Below are positions 51,942-63,894 of a stretch of DNA of 64,000 bases, piece after piece (the stretch's first letter is position 1; each line of letters begins with the position of its first letter). The stretch lies in NCBI RefSeq assembly GCF_016432865.1, contig NC_067404.1:85250001-85314000 (forward strand). The letters run 5' to 3'. The DNA is from Antechinus flavipes (lineage: Eukaryota). A program made the position numbers and the translations under genes. Under the pieces are notes generated by a model. It searched no databases, was not told the DNA's origin, and saw only the letters and a list, made by a program, of their open reading frames with translations.

Positions 51942-51959
51942 TTTTTTTTTTTTTTTTTT
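51891..51959. repeat. (CA)n microsatellite followed by poly-T
   Basis: Direct runs. Confidence 0.95.
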
Positions 51960-51999
51960 AAATCCTGACGGGAGGATTAGTAAACTTTTATCTGAACAC

Positions 52000-52570
52000 C
52001 TCTATCTCCTCTGGGCTGCTGAGCGCCTATGGGTGCAGTCTGAAGAAGTAGACACTGGGAGACCAAATTGCAACTTGGTGCAACCCTTTAAGTTCCCACT
52101 TTGTGGCAGGAAACACTAAAAGAGTCCTGCTCAGAAGAGCTGCTTTTGCAGGGTGGAGCTCCCAGCTCAGGTCTCTGGAGCTGTTGTGCTGACCCCACTG
52201 CCGGACGCCTCTGAAACCAGCCAGTCTAACAGCACCAGGCCCAGAAACCACTTTGGAATTGTCTTAGGAAGATTCTGAAGATCACCTGGCAAAATAAAGG
52301 AGCAGATGCTGGGGTCTCTTCTCAAAGGATATGGACCGTTTTCAGATAAAGAATCAAACTACTGCAGAGGGTGAAGTATGAGCGGGCCACGTGGTCTCCA
52401 TGCTATACACTTAGCTAAAAGACAATTTGAGGGAGAATTCACACAAGGCAGATGCTCACAAGGAAGACAGGAGAAGTGATACAAGGACACTGGCAAGGTC
52501 TCTCTGAAGAACTTTGGAAGTGATTTGGAACATGGGAGACACTGGCACTGGACCTCCCAGCAAGATGTGG
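52000..52570 (+). mobile_element. RTE LINE 3' fragment
   Basis: Degenerate KVYRAVVLT.LL.ACET and NCLRKILKITWQ.K motifs, homologous to the 31.2-31.5 kb RTE. Confidence 0.75.
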
Positions 52571-52869
52571 CCACACAAAAGAAGGCCTACCGGCTCTATG
52601 ACCGAAAGAAAAGTGAATCTGCAATTTAGAGAGAGTTCCGTTCCAAATGTTCATATGGACTAAATGCGCCCCACCTGTGGGAGAGCTTTCTGAACTCCCA
52701 CTGGTCTGTTCAGCCAGAGTCAGACATATCATCAACTTTGACCTTGATATAGCGATGTCATTTTGGTCCTCTCCTAGAGGACCTCTTTTCCTGCAGGGTA
52801 AGAGAAGTTTCTGTACCCCTATTCAGTATGGCTCTTTGAGCCAATTTGGATAAGAATGAGGTTTACTCA

Positions 52870-53670
52870 CTGTCCTTCACCTCCCTCTCTTCCCCTCCAC
52901 TGTAAAAGCTTTTTCCTTGCCTCTTTTTTTATGGCAGATAATTCGCACCATTCCACTTCTCCCTTTCCTTTTCTCCCAGCACATTCCTCTTTCATCCCTT
53001 AATCACATCATTTAAAAAAAAAAAAAAACATATCGTCCCTTCGGATTCAACTCACACCTGTCTATATAAACTCTTAAGTGCCATAATAGAGAAGGTTGTA
53101 ATGAGTTTCAAGTATCATCCTCCCATATAGGAATGTAAACAGATAAACCTTATTAAATTCCTTATGATACCACTTTCCTGATCATCTCCTTGTGCTTCTC
53201 CAAAGTCCTGTATTTGAAAATCACATTTTCCCTTCAACAATTTTCATCACGAATGCTTGAAAATCCTCTATTTTGTTGAATGATCACCTTTTCCTCCAAA
53301 GGATTATACTCAGGTTTTCTGGTTGCACTCCCAGCTCCATTGCTCTCCCGAATACCATATTCCAAGCTCTCTGGTCCTTGAATGTAGAAGCTGCTACATC
53401 TTGTGTGACCCTGACTGTGGCTCCACTATACTTGAATTGTTTCTTTCTGGATGCAATATCATCTCCTTGGCTTCTCTGGAAGTCCCAGAATCCTGGGAGT
53501 TTTCATTTGGGGATCTCTTTCAGGAGCTCATCAGTGGATTCTTACAATTTCTTTTTCACCCTCTGGTTCTAGAATGTCAGGATAGTTTTCCTTGATAACT
53601 TCTTAAAAGATGATATCCAGGCTCTTTTTTTGATCATGACTTTCAGGTAGACTAATAATCTCCCCAGTAA
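52870..53670 (-). mobile_element. L1 ORF1/inter-ORF fragment
   Basis: Reverse complement of L1 ORF1-like sequence (GATAGTTTTCCTTGATAACTTCTTAAAAGATGATATCCAGGCTCTTTTTT). Confidence 0.7.
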
Positions 53671-53779
53671 CAAGTTCTTCCTTACCCGGAATTGAAATGT
53701 ATCTTGCGGTCACCGTCTCCCAATCTAATCTAGCAGACGTGAGGTGATTGCTGCATATAAGTTCCTGGACTAGACACGG

Positions 53780-54450
53780 AAAAGTCAAGTCAACAAGCCT
53801 ATATGAAGTGCCCACTCTGTGCTAAATCCTGAAGGTACAAAGAAAAACTGAGACAAAGTCCCAGCTCTCTAAGAGTTTGGTCTAATAGCTAATAAAGATG
53901 AGATGAAAGAGACAGTGAAAAAGAGGAGAGGGTACCCTCACATGCTGGCAGAATCTAGAAGGTGAAGCATGGTGGGTCTGAGCCCTTTTTCCCAATGGAT
54001 ATGAGTTTCTTGGAGAAGCTCACCAATAAGGAAATGGGTCTGGTGGGAGATGTCTGATGACATATAGTAAGATAGGCTTAGAGATTAAGGTTCAGTGGAT
54101 TAGGCTAGACAAAGATGAATGGAAAGAAATCTGGGAGCTGGCAATCACTGACCCTTGAGGAGATCGGGAAAGGCCTCCCTCCTGCAGGAAAGCCATGACA
54201 TCTGGGCTAAGCCTTGATCAGAATGGGGATTCAGACTGCAGAGGGGGCCCAAAGTAAGCCAGGAGTGGGGGCACATTGGCCCATTTGAGCTGAAACCTGA
54301 TGTGGAAAGGTAATTGGGGGGCAAGTTGGGAAAGGCTAGAAAAGCCCAGCCAAAATTTGGATTTTAGATTTAGATTCTAGAGGAAATAGTCAAGTGACAC
54401 GGCCATTTATGCATCTTAGGAAGCTGCAGAGAGAATGGGGCAGAGGAGGG
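53780..54450 (-). mobile_element. L2 fragments
   Basis: AAGTGCCCACTCTGTGCTAAATCCTG...GTCCCAGCTCTCTAAGAG resembles the reverse L2 3' end. Confidence 0.5.
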
Positions 54451-54599
54451 GAGATGCTGGATCTCTTATATTTAGCTGCTTTTTTCTTTACCAAAGAACA
54501 CGACCTCACAGACAGAAATGGCTAATGGGGAGCGGATCCCTAAGATGAGAAAATAGTAGGAAAATACAGAGTTGCTCTGGATGATTTTGTCCCCTTTTT

Positions 54600-55760
54600 C
54601 ATGTGAATTTAGGCTGACTGTCCTGGTACCTGGAAGATAATGAGAAATGGATGAGGTACCTCCCAATTGGAAAGAAAAGGCAAGCCTTCTGATCTTTCAG
54701 AACCGACCCGCAAGGATACAGGCCAGCGAGCTTGCTGTCTGTTGGTAGGAACGGATCACAAAAGACACGAACGGGGAACATCCTTCTTTAAAAGGGACGT
54801 GGGGATTTCAGAGAGCAAGACTGAAATGCCACTTTTTCACATGATTTCTGATCCAGTCATTGGCAGGAAGGCTGTAGATGGAGTTTGCTGACATTCCTGT
54901 ACGACGTTTGGGGCATAACTCCTATTTCTGGTAAGGAGAAAATGGAGAGGTACGGATTAGACAATAATCCCATTTTCAGGTGGCGGATTCAGAACTAACT
55001 GGCTGGTCAGAGACAAAAATGAATCCTTTAAGACTCGATGTCAGCTCGGTAGGAGGTCTTCCGGGAGTGCCGTAGGGCTCTTTGTCCAGCCATAGGCTGC
55101 TTCATCTTTTAATTTTTTTCTGTTGGGTGAACTGAACAAAACCATTGGAATACTCAGCAGATCTGGAGAAGACACGTCCTAAGAGGATGGTCGGAGTCCC
55201 CAGAGTTAGGGTAGAGGGCTGAGCTGAAGTCATGTGATAAAATGCGACTGGGGATGATTGGGAAGTTATCCGTATGGGTTCGAATAATCAACTTGGGGTA
55301 GATCCAGCTATGGGGGCGGCCCGATAAAGTTTCGGGGTCTCTATGAACCAGCAGGCATCGGCCAGTCAGCTCTACTTCGTCCCGGTCACGCCACATCTTT
55401 GGTATCGTCTCCGCCTTGGGGCAGTATAGTTTAAGAGGGGCTTTGGGGAACTGGAGGGTGTGTAACGGGGAAGGGCCTCAACTCTATGTCATATGGGGAT
55501 CAATTTAAGAAGCAGAGAATGTTTAGCCTGAAGGAGGAAAAACACTGAGGGAAGTGGGGGAGAGGTCCAGGAGAAGACTGAAAAGCTTGCTTCTACATCT
55601 GAAGGGTTACCCCGTAGAAAACAAAGTCAACTATTAGTTCTGTTCAGTCCCTCCTGAGAGCAGAACCCGGAGCAGTGAGTCACATCGCCAAGACACAAAC
55701 GGAGGCCTGGTGGGCAAGCCTTCCTGACCACTGGAGTGGTCCTCAAGTGGCCAGCCAAGT
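54600..55760 (+). mobile_element. CR1/L3 LINE 3' region
   Basis: AGAATGTTTAGCCTGAAGGAG...ACTGAGGG and the downstream 3' UTR pattern are typical of L3/CR1. Confidence 0.6.
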
Positions 55761-55779
55761 CGGCCTCGCTCGAGGCGCT

Positions 55780-56050
55780 AAAGCAAAGGCAGAGAGTTGG
55801 GCACTTGGCAAGTCCCGATCCTAGCGAGGGCTCTTTTGGGATGTGGGTCGGCTGAGGAGTCCTTTAGGGTCCGTGACAGTGACGTTTCAAACCTTGGTGA
55901 CTGGGAGGATGGCGGTGTTCTCGACAGAAATGGGGAAGTGCTGAAGAGGTCTGGGCTCAGTGAAGAAAACAGGAAGGTCTGTGGATGTGTTGGCTTTGCA
56001 AGGCTTATGAAATACACCGACTTGGCGGGATGTTCATCTGGCAAAGGGGG
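55780..56050 (-). mobile_element. L2 fragment
   Basis: AAACCTTGGTGACTGGGAGGATGGCGGTG...AGAAATGGGGAAG resembles reverse L2. Confidence 0.55.
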
Positions 56051-56449
56051 CTGAAGGCAGCCGGGCCCGAAGGAGAGCTCCTGTGAGCCGACTCTCAGAA
56101 GGGATAGGGAGGGGGTGAGGTCAGGGGCACGGGATAAGGGCTTGGCCTGGTCCTGGAGATCGGGGCCAAGGGATCTGCATCCTCTGGGGACATCCTCCCC
56201 CCAAGAGGCCCAGGACTTGGGGAGGGTTATAGCTGGAGTTGGGAAGTAGTAGCCGAGTCTGGAGGGGGGAGGGGAAGAAGCTGTCAGTCAGGGCTTAGGT
56301 GCTTTTTTTCTCCCATGAGTCTTCTCCCTTTAGTCTTCCTATTAGTAGGGGCTTTTTTCTCCTATTGGTAGATTGTTGCAGCTTCACCCTGTGTCTCCTG
56401 GGGGAAAGGGAGGAGGAGGGCACGCTGTAGCTAAGTGGCTTTTTAGGTA

Positions 56450-57060
56450 GACCCGGCAAAGTAAACTTCCCTAAGTTCAGGCCCAAGAACCCGCACTGCC
56501 GACTGGGGAGTGAGCCTCCCATCGCCCGGGCGGACGGCCGTTCCAGGGAGGAAACCGCAGCTGTCCCCATCCCTCAGGCCGGGCCGGCTCGGCCCATTCT
56601 GCCTTCCCAGACTCCCACCTCGGGAGGGAGCGTGCGTTTCCCCTCCCCTGGGCCAGGAGGGCCTCCCGCCCGTTCCGAGTCCCCTCCATATAGGGAGACA
56701 GGAGCGGCGGCCCCGCCCTCACCACTCCCTCCCTGCCTCTCGCCCAGAGGTGGTGATTCACGCTGGAGCGGGGCAGGGGTGGGGTGGACAGCAGCCTCAC
56801 CTACTTCCTACTGGGCGGCGGGGGACCCAGGCTGTCGGGGATCGCCCTTGCGGCTGGAGCTGTGGGGCAGCGTCCAGCGCTTCCCAGGCAGGGAGCTCCA
56901 GGAAGGAGGGCCTCTGAAGCGGCGCCTGCCTCTCTCCCTGTGGCCCCAGGATGGCGGACTCGGAGCGCAGCGCGGCCCCGGACTGTTCGGCCGCCTGCAA
57001 GGCGTTCTCCCGAACCCGCAAGGGGATTTTACTCCTGGTCGAGACGGTGAGTGCCCCTGG
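56450..57060 (+). promoter_or_regulatory. CpG island, PLP2 promoter and exon 1
   Basis: GC boxes (CCCCGCCC, GGGGCAGGGG) and CpG density upstream of ATG 56951. Confidence 0.72.
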
Positions 57061-58871
57061 GGGCGGGGGGAGGGAAAGATCGGGGGTCGGTCGGGATGCT
57101 TGGCAGTGGGGCCTGGCGGGGCCGGGGGTGGGGGCTTGGAGCCGGTTGCCCGTGGTGAGGAAAGAAGGGTGTGTCTGAGCACGTGGAGAGGAGGAGGAAG
57201 GAGCAGCCTCGGGGTCTCTGTGGATGGGACGAGGGACGGCCCCCACTCCATCGGATCTTCTCTCTAAACGTGTGACCCAGAGAATAGGGAGGGTGGGGGG
57301 GGAGAGGAGAGAAAGGGGGAAACTGAGGCCGGATGGAGACCAAGAGAACTTTTTCCCGCGCCCCCGCGTGGAGTGGAAAGAATGGGGGTGGGGGGTGGGG
57401 GGAGAAAGGCTAGGTGAGCCGGGAGAGGCTGGCTGGGTAGGGCGGGGCGGGAAGCCAAAAAAAAAAGGTGTGTCCCCCCTCCAGAAGCCCGCGGTCTGTC
57501 TCCTTCCTCCCTGTTCTATTTTCCTCCCCTTGGGTTCTTTCTCCTCTTCCCCCTCCCCCCCCCCACCACCCTGGCAGGCCTCGGGTGCCGCTTGTTTACC
57601 TGGGCAACTCCCCACCACCGCCCCCGGGATGCTCCCTCTGGCCTTCCTCCCTCTCTCCTCTCGCTCGATGCCTGCTGGGAGATAGTCCCCCCCCCCATTT
57701 TTCTGGGCTGCTGGGGGCAAGGGAGTCTGGAGGTGGAGGTTGCGGGCCTGTGGCTCTTGCCTCAACTTCCCCTCCCCTTCTCAAACGGAGGCATCTCGAG
57801 CCACCTGTGGCTCTCCCCTCCCCCCCCACTTGAATCTGAACCGATTGATTCATTTGTTCCTTCATTCCCTGATGCCTCCGCTCACGTCCCACAGGCCAGG
57901 GGGCCGTCTGAGGCCGCCTGTGGGCCTGGGGCAAGTGGGGGGGGGGCGGGAGCCCGAGGCCCTGGGTCCAGATGGCAACTCCCCCAGGTTCCCTGAGGGG
58001 GGGGAGGGGAAGGGGTGCCTGGGAGAAATCTTGGCCCCCGCCCAAGCGGCGCCCTCTGTCGGAGGGCTGGCAGGTGGTGGGGTTCCAGCCTCGGCCTTGT
58101 CCCCCCTGTCCCCGGGCCAGGTGCTGTGCTTGGTGATCGTCATCTGTTACTCGGCCTCGCGAGTGATGGGCTACCTCAGCGTCCCCGTGGTGGAGATGGT
58201 CCTGGCGGCCGTCTTCTTTGCCATCTTCATGTTCAATGTCCATCACCAGCTGCAGTTCATCAACTGGCCCTGGACTGTGAGTGCTCCTGGGGGTCGGGGA
58301 GCAGGAAGGCCACGCCTGCCCTGGGGTGCGGGATGGGGGCTAGGGGCCGGGGCTTTCCTCCCAGAGTTCCCACCTGGCCAGCCCTGAGGATCGCTGGGGC
58401 CTTGGGGCCCACTCGCTGCTGTGTCCCGGCACCCCCCCTCACTGCTGTCCCCTCCCGCTTCCCATGCAGGACTTCTTCCGGGCTCTCATCGCCTCTGTCC
58501 TCTTCTTCATCACCTCCCTCATCACCATCATCAAAAACGTGGATGCTCAGAGTACAGTTGGAGGGGTAAGCTCGCGGGCATTCCCGCCACTCTCTTCCCC
58601 TCGGCACTGGGGGCCGGGGGCTGGCCGGTACCCGCTGCTTGTTTCTCACTCGCTCCTCCTGCCCCCAGGTGCTGGGGCTGGTGGCCACCATCCTGTTCGC
58701 CTACGACGCCTACAGCACCTTCCATACCCAGCGGAGCCGCCACACCCCCGCGGCCACCGGTGAGTACCGAGGCCGGGGGGGGGGGACCGCGGGGGGCAAG
58801 CCCCACCACGACGAGCTCTTCTTCACTTTCCCACCCTTCCCCCCGCAGAGTCTCCAGACGGCCCCTCCTAG
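56951..58871 (+). CDS. PLP2: Proteolipid protein 2 (A4, MARVEL domain), 5 exons, 153 aa
   Basis: Exons 56951-57046, 58121-58276, 58470-58565, 58669-58759, 58849-58871 (462 nt). MADSER...SRTRKGILL, INWPWT|DFFR, YDAY..F...RHT.A.T match PLP2. Confidence 0.96.
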
Positions 58872-59071
58872 CGGCGACGTGGCCGCCGTGGGCTCTCCCG
58901 CAAAAGGAGGCTGAAGAGGGGGCCCCGAGGAGAAGCCCAGAGCCCGTGGATCTCCTCTCCCTTGGCCCCCCTTCTCTGCTCCCCCGAGCTTCAGCTCTAG
59001 CCATCAGCCAAGCTGGCCCAACTTTTTCTGGAGAAATGGGCGAGAGCTGGGGGGCAGAGGGCAGGAGGAGG

Positions 59072-59088
59072 AATAAAGGGGTAATAAA
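59072..59088 (+). terminator. PLP2 polyadenylation signals (two AATAAA)
   Basis: AATAAA at 59072-59077 and 59083-59088, about 200 nt after the stop. Confidence 0.75.
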
Positions 59089-59203
59089 ATCAGCTCTTCT
59101 GTTGACCATGAGCCTCATTGGGGGGCAGCAGACACTGACATGGGGGGGGAGGGCAGCTTAACAGAAACACTTCCTGGAGCCTCAAAAACATGAAAATAAT
59201 CCT

Positions 59204-59209
59204 TTTAAT
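59204..59209 (-). terminator. Putative PRICKLE3 polyadenylation signal ATTAAA
   Basis: TTTAAT on + about 220 nt past the PRICKLE3 stop. Confidence 0.55.
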
Positions 59210-59427
59210 GAGCAGAGCCAGCCTGCCAATGGCACGGACAACACTCTAAAGGTGCTGGTGGGCCAGGGGGCCGGGCGGCCAGAACACGGACCCCGGGGTG
59301 GTAGAAGAGGGACATGGAGAGCTTCAGCTGGCATCCACTCCAACCCCCATTTATAGCTGGGGAAAATGAGGCAGAGAGCTCTGTTCCAGATCTCTTTGGT
59401 ATGGGCACGCCCGAGACCAGCCGGGCC

Positions 59428-62400
59428 TCAGGCCACGATGCAGTTCCTGTCCCTGTCTTGGTGTTGGCCCTGGCTCCGAGCCTGCCTGGGAGGCCCAGGG
59501 GGAGGCCCCCACTTCTCTTCCTTCCCCTGAGGGCCGAGAGTGGCTCTCCGTAGAGCTGGGGGCAAAGGAATGGGCTCCCCGAGGAAGTAGCCATCTTCCT
59601 CTGAGTCAGAGGAGGAGGAGGAGAGAGAAGAAGAGGAGGCCCAAGCCAAGTCCCACTCCAGGTGGTTATGGGGAGGCAGTCTCTGAGGCCACTGCCTCCT
59701 CCTTGGACAGGGCTGGACCGGAGGGCTGCATTGAGGCGGAGTGGGAGGAGGAGGGTCCTGGAGCTGCTCCCTCTCCTGGGAGGCTCGGGCCTCCGGGGGT
59801 TCTTGGAAGCTAACCCGGAGTTCCCCTCGCCGGCAGAACACAGAGCCCCCCGAGATGGCCGTCAGGTCCGGGGGACATGCGGGCCGAGGGGTCGGCCGTG
59901 GGGGCTGACGAGGAGGAGGATCCACCCGGCGGAGGCCCAGAACGGGCATGGAGTGGCGCTGTGGAGCCGCCCGGTAAAAGTGGCCGCACTCTCTGCCCGC
60001 CAGCGAGCCTGCCCTCGAGCGCGCCCGAAGCACCGTCGCGGTGGGAGCCGGGCGGTAGGTGGTGGCGGCCGCCCCCGCTGTCGCCACGGCCCCCGCCGCC
60101 TCTGCCCGAGCGGGAAGACTGCAGGCCCGAGAGCAGAAGATCTGCCCTTGCCTGGGCAGAAAGGGCTCCCCCAGCAGGGGCCGCCCACAGCGGCAGCAAC
60201 TGAAGCAGCTTTCGGAGGCGTGCCAGTGCTGCCCGCCATAAGTCATCTGGCCCTGCTCCATCCCTGGCCGGGAGAGAAAATAGAGCGTCAGGCTGGTGGC
60301 TGGTGGGGAGAAAGTGGAGGAGACCACGGCTCCCTCCTGCCCGTTCTCTTTTTCCCTTAAGGCCGAGCTCGGACGGGAGGCCCTCTGGCCACCCCTCCTC
60401 GGCCTCTAGGCTCCGGGCTCAATGGCCCACAACCTCTCCAGCCAGCGAGCGGAGGCCCAGGAAAACCTGGAAGCAAACCTTCATTGTGCTTCCTCGGGCT
60501 GCATGGGGGCACCTTCCTCACCAATGCGCTCTCCACAGCTGTCGCAGTACTGGGTGTGCCGGGCCTCGTAGCAGGCCCCGCAGTGGGGTCGGCTCCCCCT
60601 CATCACGTAGCGCTGCCCCCCCAGAGGCCCCTCACAGTCAAAGCAGCAAAAGTGTCGGATGTGCCAGTGCCGGCCTTCAGCCTCTGTGCATTCAGCTGCG
60701 AAGATGATCTGGGGTTCCAGAGGGTGGGAAGGAGATGACAGGGAAATGAGCAGACGGAAGAGCCGGGGGGCCCACGGCCAGCTTCTCCCTGCTGCCCTGG
60801 GTCTGTGGGCCCCACCCCCTGCCAAGCCCCTCCCCGGTCCCCTCAGATACTTCGTCGCAGGCTTGGCAGCGGGGCCGAAGGCACTCGGCGTGGTGGCGCC
60901 CACAGTAGATCTTCCCGGCCTGGTAGAAGTAGATGAGATCCACCAGCAGTTCGCCACAAGTCGCACAGAGGAAGCATTGGGGATGCCAGCAGGTCCCGTG
61001 GCCGGCTCGGCTGGCAAACACGGCCAGATCTCCTCCTCCGATCTGCTTCCCGCACTAGGGAAGGGCACGGGCAGGGCGCCACGTGCCAAGAAATCGGAGC
61101 AAATGAGAACAGGCGCTCCTCTGGGGCAGCCCTGCTCCCGCCTCTTCCTCTGCGGCCCTGGCACATGGCGGGTGCTTTGCCCGTGCCGGCCAACGGTCTG
61201 CCACAAAGCGTCTGCCGCCATAGGGCTGGAACACGAGACTGTGGCCCCCGGCCCCTGACCCCTCAAGGGCTTCGCCTTTTACTAGGGGAAAGAATGACCC
61301 ACAGATGCAATATTCCCCAAGTCAATCCCAAGTCTATTTAGGAGGAGGAGGTCCCAGCAGCTGAGGGAGGTGGCTGGGCCCGGATCAAGCCAGATCTCCT
61401 CAAAGACACAGCGCCCGAGCCTGGATTTGAGGAAGCAGGGTGGGGGACTGAGGGCCTTTTGGACCAAGGGGACGGCCTGCACAGGGGTGGGGGTGGGGGG
61501 ATGAAGGCGGAAGCAGAAGGTGGCAAGGGCCATTTTGGCTGTATTACAACTTGTGGAGGGCATCTATGTGGTCCGGGGCTCAAACAAAAAAGAAACAGGT
61601 GCTCCCGACTGATCCCCGAAGCCACAGGGAGAGGGTGACACGAGGGGGTGGGATCTCCTCACCTGCTCGCAGATGGCCCCGGTGATGGACACTGGGAACG
61701 CTCGCACGGCTCCCCGGCCCAGGTTTTCCCGTCTCCGCTTTTGGCTGAAGAGCTTCAGTTCCTTCTCTTCCTCCTCCTCCAGCGCTGCACAGTACTGGGC
61801 CTGATGAGGGGCATTGGGGGGGGGGGAGAACGCTTCTAAAACCATCTGAGTCCCCCACTGCTGCCGACTCAGTTCCCCGAGCTGGATGCCTTCCACAGAC
61901 CCCAGCAGGAGGGGAGGCGGGCCCCCCACCATCTCAAACACCACCCTTCCGCCCGGACACCCCAGCGAGCAGGGAGCCCCGCCAGCCAGGGCCCCGCCCT
62001 AGGGCCCTCACCCCCAATCCTCCAGCCGGTCCCCAGCTTCCCCCTCCCACCCCGCGCCATCCCTGTGAGGCTCACTGGGGCTCTCTCTCAGGCTTCCCCT
62101 ACCCGCTCTCCGCCCTCGGACTCAATGAAGGCCCGCTCTGGAAGGCTGCCCACAGTCTGGGGGAATCTCACCTCACTGTCATGTGGGGGGAGTTGTCGAA
62201 GCAGCTGTTGAACCCGGTACCTTTCCCCAAGGCTGTTCACATAAGGAACTTTGTCCTCGGGCAGACAGCTGAAAAACTGGTCCACCTGGAAACAATTGAG
62301 GGTTAAAGAGCAAAGGAGACGCCGTCATAGATGCAGGGTCACCGGGGGGAGGGGCTCTCCGCCCCCCAACACAAGCACACTTGGTTCTGCTGTCCCCCAA

Positions 62401-63894
62401 ACTCAACCCTAAACCAACCTGCTCTGGGACTTTTAGGGCAAATGGCTCCCAGCACAGAAAACCTGAGCAAGTGCCGACTCCGGGCAGGACTGGCGCCTGG
62501 GCCGGGCCCTGCCCCTCTGCGCATTTCAGGTTTCTGCAGCTTGGAACATGTGGGTACTTAACGACTCTGCCTGGCCCAGTCTGCATCCCCCCAGAAGCCT
62601 CTGCTCTGGGAGCATCCAGGAGAAATGGGTGACCAGAGAGGGGCGGAGCTTGGGCTGGAGAACGCAGTTTTGTCAGAGGGGCTAGAACTCTGGGAGAACT
62701 CTACTGTCCATGGTGGGGGGAGGGGGGGAAGGGAAGAGGAGGGAAAGGGCACAGATCAGATGCTTACTAGGTGCCCGGAGCCGGATCTCAGTGGATCCAG
62801 CCAACAGCCCTAGGAGGAGCTGCTGAGAGGCCCAGTGGACAGAATTTGGTGACCTCTTAGCCCAGTGGTGGGAACACGGGAAGTGCCTCGGATCTAACAG
62901 CTTGTCAGGGGTGGCGGGGCTCCCAAGGGAGTGGCAGAGGGCCAAGGTCACTGGGCTCATCTTAAGAGGCAGCAGAATCCCAGCATCCAGCATCTCAGAC
63001 CTCGTTGAGCTGCCTCATCTCCACCCCCTCAACACACACCCAGGGGAACCTGAGGCCCTGCGGGCGGCCTGAGAAAAGTCCAATGGGCAGTGGAAGGCCG
63101 GAGGTTACCTGCTCGGGCCTGAGGCCCGGGGGCACCCAGGCGTACTCCTCCGAGGCGCAGCCCATGCCGGCGTCTGACAGGGAGTGCCACTGGAAGTCAG
63201 AGGTGAGCTGGGCCATGAGCTGCTCCAGGTCCTCTGGGACCCCGGGCCCGGTGTGCTCCTCCCGGGAGCACTTGCAGTGCTGACAGATCTTCCTGTGGGA
63301 GGCCAAGCTTTGGAGATGTCTGGCCTTCGCCGCTCCCTCCCTGCCCACTCTCCAGAGCACAACCCAGGGAGTCCTCCCTCCCCTCTGGGTGACAGGTGTG
63401 GAAACTGAGGCACCCCTCCCCCTCAGCAACCTCCAGGGGGCTTTAGGTCAGCCCTGAGGGGCCCTCACCTCCAGCCATGCACCAGGAAGCCCGGACACTG
63501 GTCCCCACAGCGATTGCACGGCCTCCCGGAGCCCGGGTCTGGAGACTCAGGAGGCTGGGGGCAGACAGGCCAGGAGGAGCCCTCAGCCCCGCCCACCCCC
63601 ACCTGGCCCTCTTCTTCCTTGATTTCACCTTGTCCCAGACAGAAGCGGGGAGGGGGAAAGAAGGGGCGCGGGGGCCTCTCTGCTTCCCACCTGAGCCTCC
63701 ATTGCGCCATCCCCCTCCCTCCCAGGGCGCGCCGGCCCGCCCCGGGCCCGGTAGCCATCTCCACCCTGCTGGAGCTGGAAGCCTGGGACGCCTGGGGCCC
63801 CGCCCCCGTGGGGACCAGCTCTTTCCCCCCCGACCAGCCCGCCGCTCCTTACCCCCCGTCCGGAGCGGCGCCGGCGGGATCCTCGGGCGAACAT
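59428..63894 (-). CDS. PRICKLE3: Prickle-like protein 3 (PET + 3 LIM, C-terminal CAAX), 8 coding exons, ~596 aa
   Basis: Exons (minus): 63853-63894, 63469-63554, 63109-63292, 62172-62285, 61663-61800, 60851-61054, 60522-60708, 59428-60263 (1791 nt). [31 protein letters not shown], three LIM domains, ends RNCIVA*. Confidence 0.96.

Noticed and set aside
51300-56400. MAGIX exons
   Set aside because: No PDZ-like (GFGLTL.GG) or other MAGIX peptide found; the region is explained by RTE/L1/L2/CR1.
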